Shown in pieces: positions 1 through 7,835 of a stretch of 24,000 nucleotides of DNA. The stretch covers positions 1 through 24,000 of the forward strand of contig JAKCEV010000004.1 of assembly GCA_023539495.1 (NCBI GenBank), given 5' to 3'. Every line of letters begins with the position of its first letter. Within the stretch, counting starts at the first letter, position 1. The stretch is from Candidatus Wolframiiraptor allenii. GTDB taxonomy: Archaea; Thermoproteota; Nitrososphaeria_A; Caldarchaeales; Wolframiiraptoraceae. Under the pieces are notes generated by a model. That model was given only the letters and a program-made list of their open reading frames with translations. It was not told the DNA's origin and ran no database searches. A program made the translations under genes and the position numbers.

Positions 1-22
1 CCCCACCCAAGCAGGGGAGGGG

Positions 23-583
23 TCATAAGCCGAGTTCTTTGCTTATCCCATTTAATGCTCTGAGCGATATCTCGAGAAAATCATCTAGTGTTAAGCCTAT
101 TTGCTCGCAGAACATTATCCGCTCCCTGCTGACGTTCCTCGCGAAGTCCTTCTGTTTGAACTTCTTCTTCAGCGTCTCGACGCTCACCTCAGCCAGCTTT
201 TTATTCGGCATGACGAGGGCGGCGGCGATTATGAGTCCCGAGACGGCGTCAGCCGCGATCAGCGCCTTCTCCAGATTACTCTCTGGCATTACTCCCGTAT
301 TCTCGAAATTATGGGACTTTATTGCCTTAATGATCTCCGACGGCGCAGAGCCCCCGAGGATTCTCTCAGCTTCCAGTCCATGCCTGCTCGGCTCATTTTT
401 CGTCAGCTCATAGTCTATGTCATGGAGCAGCCCCGCGAGCTCCCAGAGCCGCTCATCCTGCCCGAGATGCCGCGCGAGCTCCTTCATTATCGCGGAGACG
501 GCCATCATGTGCAAGACTATCTTATCATTCACAACATTCTCCCTGACTATTCTCAGTGCCTCCTCTCTATCCACCTCACACAC
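23..583 (-). CDS. HD-domain metal-dependent phosphohydrolase
   Basis: 186-aa ORF with the H...HD signature of the HD superfamily (LHMMAVS ... AGLLHDIDYE). GTG start at 583 directly follows GAGGAG; an in-frame GTG at 574 is an alternative start with better SD spacing. Confidence 0.75.
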   Translation of the reverse strand: MCEVDREEALRIVRENVVNDKIVLHMMAVSAIMKELARHLGQDERLWELAGLLHDIDYELTKNEPSRHGLEAERILGGSAPSEIIKAIKSHNFENTGVMPESNLEKALIAADAVSGLIIAAALVMPNKKLAEVSVETLKKKFKQKDFARNVSRERIMFCEQIGLTLDDFLEISLRALNGISKELGL

Positions 584-609
584 CTCCTCATTCTCCAGAA
601 TCTTTATCT

Positions 610-1920
610 CTAGCAGTATTCCTCCACTGCCTCGCGGATTCTTCTACATGCCTCTCTAAGAGGCTTCTCATCCAGCACCGCGGAGATCCTGAGGTGGTTG
701 TTGTAGCTCTGCCCGAAGCATGCTCCTGGCGCTATCGCGACACCCTTCTCCTCGAGAAGCTTCCATGCGAACCTCCATGAATCGAAGCCCTCCACGTTTA
801 TCCTCGGGAAGATGTACATTGCGCCCTCCGGGGGCCTGACCTCTATTAGCCTAGACCTCGAGAGCTCCTCATAGAGTATCCTCAACCTCATCCCGATGAG
901 CTCTACGTTCCTCCTTGCCGATTCCTCGTCGTTTAGTGCCGCTAAGGCCGCCCTCTGGACAAACTCAGGTATGCATGTTATGGCGGTGTTCTGAGCTCTC
1001 GCGACGCGTGCAGCGGTCTCCGGGTCTGACACAACATATCCAACCCTGAAGCCCGTCATGCCCCAAGTCTTTGAGAAGGAGTTGACCATTATCGTGCGCT
1101 CCGTCCCAAGCTTCAAAATGCTCTCGAACCCATCGCGGTAACAGAAATCCATGTAGACCTCATCGCTCAGGATCCAAGCCCCATAATCCTCAGCAATCTC
1201 TATTATTGCCCTTATGCTCCTCTCATCAAGAACCCTTCCAGTCGGGTTATTCGGATAATTCAGGATTATCAGCTTGGTCAGCCTGCTAACCTTCTCTTGG
1301 ATCATGTTAACGGGGTCCCAATTATCCTCGAACCTTGTCTTGATTATCTTTGGCCTCCTGCCAAGCCATCTAACCTGGTGGGCGTATAAGGGCCAGGCCG
1401 GCTCTATCACAATCACCTCATCGCCAAGCCCTGTCACGGCCTCTATCGAGCCATAGACGGCGAATGTCCCGCCCGCCGTGACCGCAATATTATCGGGCTT
1501 GAGATCGAGGCCGAATCTCTCAGAAAGCTTTGACGCTATCGCCGCCCTAAGCTCCTTGATGCCATTCGCCGGGCCATACTTGCTATAACCCTCCCTGATC
1601 GCCTTGCAGGCTGCCTCAACGGCGCTTGGTGGCGCGGTGAAATCCGGCTCGCCAAGCTCCAGCCTATAGACCTCCCTCCCCATCCTCTGAAGCTCTAGGG
1701 CTCTTGAGGCAAACTCCCTTAACTTCAGCCCACTCTCCGGCGTCCCTTCTCCACCGTACCTCCCCCTCTCCTCCAAGACTAGGGAGAAGATCTTTCTCGC
1801 GAAATCACCGCTCAGCCCATGCCTGCTGAACTCTGATATCATGACATCGAGCATCTCGACGCTAAGATCAGACTTGGCGAGCGACGCGCATATCTTAGAT
1901 AACTCCGCGATCTCCCTCAT
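610..1920 (-). CDS. PLP-dependent aminotransferase, class I/II (aspartate-aminotransferase-like)
   Basis: Motifs GEPDF, NYPNNPTG and SFSKTWGMTGFRVGY (PLP-lysine SxSK). The ORF stays open to 1989, but that leaves only 4 nt before the divergent udp start, so ATG at 1920 is preferred. Similarity to AspAT-type enzymes begins only around residue 85 of the longest ORF, so the exact start is uncertain. Confidence 0.85.
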   Translation of the reverse strand: MREIAELSKICASLAKSDLSVEMLDVMISEFSRHGLSGDFARKIFSLVLEERGRYGGEGTPESGLKLREFASRALELQRMGREVYRLELGEPDFTAPPSAVEAACKAIREGYSKYGPANGIKELRAAIASKLSERFGLDLKPDNIAVTAGGTFAVYGSIEAVTGLGDEVIVIEPAWPLYAHQVRWLGRRPKIIKTRFEDNWDPVNMIQEKVSRLTKLIILNYPNNPTGRVLDERSIRAIIEIAEDYGAWILSDEVYMDFCYRDGFESILKLGTERTIMVNSFSKTWGMTGFRVGYVVSDPETAARVARAQNTAITCIPEFVQRAALAALNDEESARRNVELIGMRLRILYEELSRSRLIEVRPPEGAMYIFPRINVEGFDSWRFAWKLLEEKGVAIAPGACFGQSYNNHLRISAVLDEKPLREACRRIREAVEEYC

Positions 1921-1993
1921 CACAGCACCACCCTCTCCTCGCCGCCTTCTCCGGGAATTAAGCCTTTTAACCATTCCCATCGCCATCATTATT

Positions 1994-2827
1994 ATGAGGG
2001 CTGAAGAGCCTAGGGCTGGGGAAGCCTTTTACCACGTTAGGGTTAAGCCCGGGGAGGTCTCGAGATACGTTCTTCTCCCAGGAGACCCGGAGCGCGTCCC
2101 ATTAATCGCGGAGCTCTGGGATGAGGCTTGGGAAGTCTCACATCATAGGGAGTTTAGGCTCTGGAATGGCAGGGTCGGCGGCAGGCCGATCTCCGCGTGC
2201 TCTACGGGCATAGGTTCAGCCTCAGCCTCGATAGCTGTCGAAGAGCTCGCTAGGGCGGGCGCGGACACATTCATCAGGGTTGGGAGCACAGGCGCGATCC
2301 AGCCCCATATAAGGCTCGGAGACCTCGTGATATCATCCGCGGCCATCAGGTTCGAGGGCACGAGCGTGGATTATGCACCACCAGAGTATCCGGCTGCCGC
2401 GAGTTATGAGGTTCTTCTCGCATTAATCGAGGCAGCTGAATCCCTTAACATCACATATCATGTTGGCGTCACTGCGACAACTGATAGCTTCTACCTCGGT
2501 CAGGGGAGAAAGGGGTTCCGGGGCTACTCATGGAGCAGACCTGAGAATATTCTCGAGGACCTGAGGAAAATGGGTGTCCTCAATTTCGATATGGAGACGT
2601 CCGCGATATACATTATAGCATCCGTTTACGGACTTAGGGCCGGATCCGTTTGTGCGGTCTTCGCCAACAGGATTAGGGATGAGTTCGGGGTCACCGGCGA
2701 GAAGGATGCCGCGAGGGTCGCAGTCGAGGCCGTCAAGATCCTCCAAGAATGGGATGAGCTCAAGGCGAAGCATGGTAAGCGCTTCTTCCACCCATCGCTT
2801 CTAGGAAGATTGAATCCAAAAATATGA
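1994..2827 (+). CDS. udp: uridine phosphorylase (PNP/UDP family 1)
   Basis: Pattern LLPGDPERVPLIA, REF, STGIGSASASIAVEEL, FIRVGSTGA, FDMETSAIY matches the Udp/PNP_UDP_1 family. The ORF track starts at 1841; ATG at 1994 (MRAEEPRAGEAFYHV) is the first plausible start and does not overlap the divergent aminotransferase. Confidence 0.8.
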   Translation: MRAEEPRAGEAFYHVRVKPGEVSRYVLLPGDPERVPLIAELWDEAWEVSHHREFRLWNGRVGGRPISACSTGIGSASASIAVEELARAGADTFIRVGSTGAIQPHIRLGDLVISSAAIRFEGTSVDYAPPEYPAAASYEVLLALIEAAESLNITYHVGVTATTDSFYLGQGRKGFRGYSWSRPENILEDLRKMGVLNFDMETSAIYIIASVYGLRAGSVCAVFANRIRDEFGVTGEKDAARVAVEAVKILQEWDELKAKHGKRFFHPSLLGRLNPKI

Positions 2828-2855
2828 GCTTGAGAGGCTTTCATAAAGAGTTCCT

Positions 2856-3449
2856 TTGAGAAGTCTTCTCGACTCCCTGCTTGAGTGGGCTAGGCTCCAT
2901 CTCGTCCCACTGGGGATCCCGGGGCTGGTTTTAATGGCCTTCACGGAGTCCAGCTTCTTCCTGATACCGCCCGACGCCATCCTCATCCCGTTAACCCTCT
3001 TAGATCCCGGGAGCCGTTGTTCTACGGCCTAATAGCCACGATCAACTCAACGGCCGGAGCCCTCCTCAGCTACTGGATCGGCCTCAAGGGCGGGAGGCCC
3101 ATACTCCTCAAGCTCGCTGGGAGAAAAATCCGTGAAGAGGGCTGAGGAGTTCTTTAACAGGTATGGTACATGGGCTGTTGGGATAGCCGCCTTCACACTG
3201 ATACCCTACAAGATCTTCACAATAGCCTCTGGAGTATTCATGCTCAGGAACCTGAAGGTCTTCATCACCACATCATTTCTAGGGAGGGGTGGGAGATTCA
3301 TGACCGAGGCAGTGCTCATAATGCTCTTCGGCGAGGAGATATTGTCGTTTCTCAGCGCGCACTTTGAGCTCATAACAATCCTAGTTGGCGCGGCCGTGAT
3401 ATTGTTCCTAGCAGTTTATAGCCTCCCTAGGAAGGGGTCACGCTCCTGA
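2856..3449 (+). pseudogene. YqaA/DedA-type (SNARE-associated) membrane protein, interrupted by two frameshifts
   Basis: There are three collinear pieces. Piece 1 is 2856-3029 (position mod 3 = 0; TTG start): LRSLLDSLLEWARLHLVPLGIPGLVLMAFTESSFFLIPPDAILIPLTLLDP, ending at TAA 3030. Piece 2 is 3014-3142 (mod 3 = 2): PLFYGLIATINSTAGALLSYWIGLKGGRPILLKLAGRKI, ending at TGA 3143. Piece 3 is 3132-3449 (mod 3 = 0 again): KRAEEFFNRYGTWAVGIAAFTLIPYKIFTIASGVF. Joined, they read like an intact YqaA-family protein. Confidence 0.6.
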
Positions 3450-4754
3450 AGTCCTTCTTCTCCCAAGTGTTATCCTCGCTGTTATGAGCCTCTCCCCCAT
3501 GAAGAGCCATGAACTTAGCAAGAGAAGTAGCGCTGCGAACCCCAGCATCACCATTATCGATGTGATCGCGGATGTAAGGTTGCCCGCGAACCCGCTCTGT
3601 ATCGCGAGGAATAGGTGTGTGAATGGGTCTAGGAGGAGACCTATCCTGACTCCGATCGGTAGGCTTTCAAGGGGCGCGAAGACGAGTATAAAGAATGGGG
3701 GCATTAGAAGTGGGAATGTTATAGCTCCTACGAGCTGCTGGGCGCTCCTGACATCACTCCCGAGGACACCGACGAGGAGCCCTATACAGGTCATCATCAC
3801 CATCGCGATGAATATCGCTGAGACGAGTATCGGGAGGAATATGGGGGATGGCCAGAGATCGATAAGCGTGAGACTCACCTGCTGGCCGGCGGCAACCTCC
3901 TCGACCGGGATCCGCGCCATCATGCTCCCCGCGATCATCATGCCATAGATCCCAAAGCCGACTAGGAATGAGATCGTGCTAAGGAGGACTATGACGAACG
4001 TCCCCAAGAGCTTGCTGAGTAGTATTGTTATCCTTCTGGCTGGGATAGTCAGGAGCAGCTCAAGGGTCTTGGACTCCTTCTCGAGGGCAATGCTAGTTGC
4101 CGAGACCGTGGAGGCATAACTCGCGACCATCACCGCGACTAGCGGGAGGCCGAAGAGTGTTGTCAGGAAGGTGGCAGCGACAGCGGAGGCTGGAGCCCTC
4201 AATATCCTGCCGAGATAGAGAACCATGGAGTTCTCTAGGATAGGCTTCTCGAAGAATCTTGGATCAATGCCGCCCCCATGAACCCTCTCGGCCAGAGACT
4301 TGAATATATCGAGCAGGAGTGTCGAGATCATCTGATTCCTGCTGATCTCGGAGATCGCAGCGGATCTTATAGGATAGATTGTCATAATTGTGCTCTGGAT
4401 GCCGAATGTGAAGTTTCTCGTGAAGCCACTCGGTATCATGATCACGGCATTGAGCTCCTTCCCGGCCGCTGCCCTAGCGCACTCATCCTCGGATGAACAC
4501 TTCACCTCAATGGTCCTGATCCCCTTTTCCCTGAACAGCTCCAGGAGATGAGTAGATGTTAACCATGTCTTGTCTAGGTCGGCTATCCCGATTACGAGGC
4601 CCACTTCAGCCCTCTCCATCGCCGCGCTCATTCCAAGGCCCGTCAACGCGCCTATTATCGGGAAGACTATTAGCGGGATTATTATCGCGCCCACTAGTAT
4701 GCTCCTCTCCATCAGGAGCTCCTTAATCTCCTTCCTGAGTAATGGAAGGAGCAT
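3438..4754 (-). CDS. ABC-2 type transporter permease
   Basis: 438-aa polytopic protein: an N-terminal TM helix, a large soluble loop, then five or more TM helices. Its ATG lies 1 nt after the stop of the upstream ABC ATPase gene, suggesting translational coupling. The architecture matches NatB/ABC-2 permeases. Confidence 0.8.
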   Translation of the reverse strand: MLLPLLRKEIKELLMERSILVGAIIIPLIVFPIIGALTGLGMSAAMERAEVGLVIGIADLDKTWLTSTHLLELFREKGIRTIEVKCSSEDECARAAAGKELNAVIMIPSGFTRNFTFGIQSTIMTIYPIRSAAISEISRNQMISTLLLDIFKSLAERVHGGGIDPRFFEKPILENSMVLYLGRILRAPASAVAATFLTTLFGLPLVAVMVASYASTVSATSIALEKESKTLELLLTIPARRITILLSKLLGTFVIVLLSTISFLVGFGIYGMMIAGSMMARIPVEEVAAGQQVSLTLIDLWPSPIFLPILVSAIFIAMVMMTCIGLLVGVLGSDVRSAQQLVGAITFPLLMPPFFILVFAPLESLPIGVRIGLLLDPFTHLFLAIQSGFAGNLTSAITSIMVMLGFAALLLLLSSWLFMGERLITARITLGRRRTSGA

Positions 4755-4755
4755 C

Positions 4756-5472
4756 TTAAACCGCCTCCACCAGCTTCGCGAAGACCTCCTCGAGATTCTG
4801 AGCCCGGTGCTCGGCCTTCAGCTCATCGGGCCTACCCTCCGCGATGATCTTCCCGCCGCTTATGAATGCGACCCGATCGCAGAGATACTCTATCTCGAGC
4901 ATGTTGTGGCTGGAGACTATGGCGGTCGCGCCGCTCTCCTCCACGAACCTCCTTATCCTCTTCCTGATATGCACAGCATGGACGACATCTAGGCCGGAGG
5001 TCGGCTCATCAAGTATCGCAACCCTCGGCCTCAGCATTAGTATCGCTGCGAGGATTATCCTCCGTCTCATACCCTTGCTATAAGATCCCATGGGCTTCCT
5101 CAGGGCATCGCCGAGCCCTGCGATCTCCACACCCTCCTTGACGCATTCCCGATCCCTGCCATGAACTCCGGCCATGAAGCTGAGGAATTCTAGCCCCGTG
5201 ATATGTCTGTAAACCCCCGCATCCTCCGGCAGGTATGCGATGCTTTTCCTGACGCTATCTGGTTCATTCCTGACACTGTGGCCCATAATGATGGCGTCAC
5301 CAGCATCCGGCCTGAGGATCGTTGCAAGGATCCTGAGAGTTGTCGTCTTGCCAGCCCCATTAGGCCCTATTAAGCCGAAGATCTCTGACTCATCAACCTC
5401 GAATGAGACGCCTTTTAGAACCTCGAGAGACCCGAATCTCTTAACAAGACCACTGGCCACGATAGCCTTCAA
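4756..5472 (-). CDS. ABC transporter ATP-binding protein (ABC-2/NatA-like)
   Basis: Walker A GPNGAGKTT, signature YSKGMRRR, Walker B VAILDEPTSGLD, H-loop SSHNM. Confidence 0.9.
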   Translation of the reverse strand: MKAIVASGLVKRFGSLEVLKGVSFEVDESEIFGLIGPNGAGKTTTLRILATILRPDAGDAIIMGHSVRNEPDSVRKSIAYLPEDAGVYRHITGLEFLSFMAGVHGRDRECVKEGVEIAGLGDALRKPMGSYSKGMRRRIILAAILMLRPRVAILDEPTSGLDVVHAVHIRKRIRRFVEESGATAIVSSHNMLEIEYLCDRVAFISGGKIIAEGRPDELKAEHRAQNLEEVFAKLVEAV

Positions 5473-5521
5473 GCATAATCTTCCTCCCCCGGGTCTCTAT
5501 CCAATTGCCACGCATCATCTT

Positions 5522-6466
5522 TTAAGGCTTGAGCTTCCGCCAGTCACCCTTAATCTCGGGCTCGCCCCTAAGTCTTCTCAGGTAATTGTGCGCGGATAAT
5601 GCGGCTATTGCGCCCTGAGCCGCCGCTATCACAGCCTGCTTATACGGCATATCGCAGACGTCGCCGGCCGCGAAGACCCCCTCCTTGCTTGTCCTGCCAA
5701 GCCTATCCGTCACGATCTCGCCGCGCTCATTCAGCTCGATGAATCCCTTGAGCCACCCCGTATCCGCCACGTATCCAAGCTCTACGAAGACTCCATCAAC
5801 CTCCAGCTCCATCCTCTCACCGCCATCAACCCCCCTTAAGATCAGCTTTCTAACCACGGTATCGCCGACCACCTCCCCCACCTTCACGCCCGTCATAACC
5901 TCCGCGCCCAGTTCTCGTAGCTCCTTCATGAGCCGATCATCCTCCCTAGGACGCCCCGAGTAGATAACGTAAACCATGTTACCGTAATTTCTGAGAATTG
6001 CAACGGCTTCATGAGCTTGATCGCCCCAGCCGACCACGGCCACTCTCTTGCCTCTATATAATGGCGCATCACAAATAGCACAGTAACTGACCCCCTTACC
6101 CGCGAAGAGATCCTCGCCTAGAACACCCATTTTCCTCGGCTTCTTCCCAACTGCAAGGATCAGTGTCCGCCCCTCATAGTCGCCGCCCCTACACTTAATC
6201 CTGAAGCCGCCCTCCACCTCCTCGACACCAACTGCCTCATCATAGAATATCTCGGCCCCAAATTCCCTAGCCTGCTCAAGAATGCTGCTCACAAGCTCGA
6301 AGCCCGAGACCGGAGGCGAGGCCGGGAAATTCTCTATCCTCGGAACTGTAAGGAGCTGGCCGCCAATATCCATCGTGACAACAAGTGTTCGCAGACCTTG
6401 TCTAGCAGAGTAGAGCGCCGCAGTAAGGCCGGCAACACCGCCGCCCACAATCAATACATCATACAT
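5522..6466 (-). CDS. trxB: thioredoxin-disulfide reductase-like flavoprotein
   Basis: FAD motif VGGGVAGLTAALY, redox-active CAIC (CxxC at the TrxR position), second Rossmann GWGDQA, and C-terminal FAAGDVCD. ATG at 6466 (MYDVLIVGGG) is preferred over the ORF-track start at 6547. Confidence 0.85.
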   Translation of the reverse strand: MYDVLIVGGGVAGLTAALYSARQGLRTLVVTMDIGGQLLTVPRIENFPASPPVSGFELVSSILEQAREFGAEIFYDEAVGVEEVEGGFRIKCRGGDYEGRTLILAVGKKPRKMGVLGEDLFAGKGVSYCAICDAPLYRGKRVAVVGWGDQAHEAVAILRNYGNMVYVIYSGRPREDDRLMKELRELGAEVMTGVKVGEVVGDTVVRKLILRGVDGGERMELEVDGVFVELGYVADTGWLKGFIELNERGEIVTDRLGRTSKEGVFAAGDVCDMPYKQAVIAAAQGAIAALSAHNYLRRLRGEPEIKGDWRKLKP

Positions 6467-6513
6467 CACTAGTCCACTTATTTGACGGAAGCTATAAAGC
6501 ATGCCCCAGAGCC

Positions 6514-6723
6514 TTGGAGAAGAGGGCGGAGTTGAGCGTACGAACAACCCTTATCCCCAAGATCTTGCTGAAGCTCGCAGCCGCCGCAGCTCTAGCCATA
6601 TTAGCATACTATGCCTATGAGGGCGTCTCAGCAGCCCTATCAGCCTCACCCATCTTCGCCGCCATATTCCTCACACTCCTCATAGCCGCGATAATCATAG
6701 GAATCATGAGCCTCCTCACATGA
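6514..6723 (+). CDS. possible small two-TM membrane protein (hypothetical)
   Basis: 69-aa ORF with two hydrophobic stretches (LKLAAAAALAILAYYAY and IFAAIFLTLLIAAIIIGIM). Only TTG starts are available (6514 or 6532). A TATA-like CTATAAAG lies at about 6492-6499. No family was recognised. Confidence 0.3.
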   Translation: MEKRAELSVRTTLIPKILLKLAAAAALAILAYYAYEGVSAALSASPIFAAIFLTLLIAAIIIGIMSLLT

Positions 6724-6861
6724 GGGACGTGACCGGACAGTAGCTATGCTTAATTATAAGCTGCGAAAAACCATCCGAGAAAACAGTTAACCCCCATATT
6801 TTGCGCGCATTATATCGAGAATGTTGGGTCTTTTTCGAAAAACGTAATAACGATGGCGCAT

Positions 6862-6888
6862 CTCTGCAAGTTGAGGCAACTTGCAGAG
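6862..6888. promoter_or_regulatory. perfect inverted repeat (12-bp arms, 3-nt spacer) abutting a TATA box
   Basis: CTCTGCAAGTTG-agg-CAACTTGCAGAG was read directly from the sequence. It ends 3 nt before TTTTAAATA (6892-6900). Confidence 0.6.
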
Positions 6889-6891
6889 CGA

Positions 6892-6900
6892 TTTTAAATA
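6892..6900 (+). promoter_or_regulatory. archaeal TATA-box-like element for the 6930-9674 operon
   Basis: TTTTAAATA is centred about 34 nt upstream of ATG 6930. This is consistent with a short-leader or leaderless archaeal transcript. Confidence 0.5.
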
Positions 6901-6929
6901 CTTATTAACGTCTAACGGCACATTAATTT

Positions 6930-7832
6930 ATGAAGTATTGTCCGAAGTGTGGTAGAAAGCTTGAAATTCAATCACCTTACTGCCCATTCTGCGGGGCATC
7001 TCTCACGGAGTATCTTCAAGCACAGTATTACTCCAAGAAGAAAGATCGGAGAAAGGCGATAGCCGCGATCCTAGGAATCTCAGGCCTACTCGGGCTGGGA
7101 TTCATCGCATTCAGATACTATGGAGATGAAATATACGAGTTGCTGAACAGGATTGCTGGAGCTGGGAGGACAACCACTGTTACCAAGACCATAGAACTTA
7201 CTGAAGCATCGGAGACGAGCACATTCTCCACGACGACGTATTGGACCAAGACGACCTCCTCAAGTACCTCCACCTCATCAACATCCCCGCTGGCGACGAG
7301 CACGACATCAGCTCTACCCTCCACATCGGAGAGCAGTGAAACAACATCAACCGAGGTAACATCAATGACCACTAGGACTACTCGCGCGACGGCCGTCCCA
7401 AAAATACCTGATAGAGATTGGGATCGCATAATATTCCCCTATATCGAGGTTGGTGGGCAGGCGGAATATGACCAGGTTGAGGTCATAGTAAGTAATCGGG
7501 GGAGCGCGCCATCATTCTACACGGTGATGGAGCTTTACACCGGCCCCGTGGAAAGGATTCCCGGGATAAAATACGTGGAGTATCCATTAAGCAGCTTCAG
7601 CCTCGCATGGCGCAGGGTTACGACTCTGAATATGGGCCAGCGCGTAGACATTGATTTCTCCGAGCTGCCCTCGAGCCACGAGGTCCTGATATGGGTATGC
7701 TATGACCCGATCCTAGATCCGAGAAACTTCAGGATGGATAGCGATGCCCAGCTCAGGAGCGTCTATAGGAGTAGCCTCGACAGAGATAGGCATGTGATGG
7801 CGCTCGGCAGATCGGGAGTAGTGGAGGAGTAG
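6930..7832 (+). CDS. zinc-ribbon membrane protein with Ser/Thr-rich stalk and C-terminal beta-sandwich-like domain (hypothetical)
   Basis: N-terminal CPKCG-x12-CPFCG zinc ribbon, one TM helix (about aa 42-62), and a low-complexity S/T-rich tract (about aa 80-155, nt 7167-7394). The C-terminal roughly 140 aa carry a CARDB-like strand pattern (VEVIVSNRGSAPS). Confidence 0.7.
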   Translation: MKYCPKCGRKLEIQSPYCPFCGASLTEYLQAQYYSKKKDRRKAIAAILGISGLLGLGFIAFRYYGDEIYELLNRIAGAGRTTTVTKTIELTEASETSTFSTTTYWTKTTSSSTSTSSTSPLATSTTSALPSTSESSETTSTEVTSMTTRTTRATAVPKIPDRDWDRIIFPYIEVGGQAEYDQVEVIVSNRGSAPSFYTVMELYTGPVERIPGIKYVEYPLSSFSLAWRRVTTLNMGQRVDIDFSELPSSHEVLIWVCYDPILDPRNFRMDSDAQLRSVYRSSLDRDRHVMALGRSGVVEE

Positions 7833-7835
7833 AAT

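Noticed and set aside
39-613. Plus-strand ORFs of 124 and 170 aa (39-413, 101-613) overlapping the HD-domain gene
   Set aside because: They are antisense shadows of a motif-supported minus-strand gene. Their sequences are low-complexity with no recognisable motifs. The same reasoning applies to the other long antisense ORFs in the track, for example 3484-3948, 4570-4992, 5240-5599, 7118-7429, 9242-9565, 22559-22885, 22910-23257 and 23361-23645.
1841-1993. 5' extension of the uridine phosphorylase ORF
   Set aside because: The extension overlaps the aminotransferase N-terminus on the opposite strand and reads as low-complexity sequence. Family similarity begins after ATG 1994.
2801-2986. 61-aa minus-strand ORF
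   Set aside because: It is antisense to the first fragment of the YqaA-like gene, whose plus-strand translation has clear family motifs (FTESSFFLIPPD).
6467-6547. 27-codon 5' extension of the trxB-like ORF
   Set aside because: The FAD-binding fold begins right after the internal ATG at 6466 (MYDVLIVGGG). The extension would overlap the divergent promoter region.
7167-7394. Nucleotide-level tandem repeat in the Ser/Thr-rich region
   Set aside because: The region is compositionally biased (ACN/TCN/AGC codons), but I could not identify a regular repeating DNA unit. It is treated as a low-complexity coding tract.
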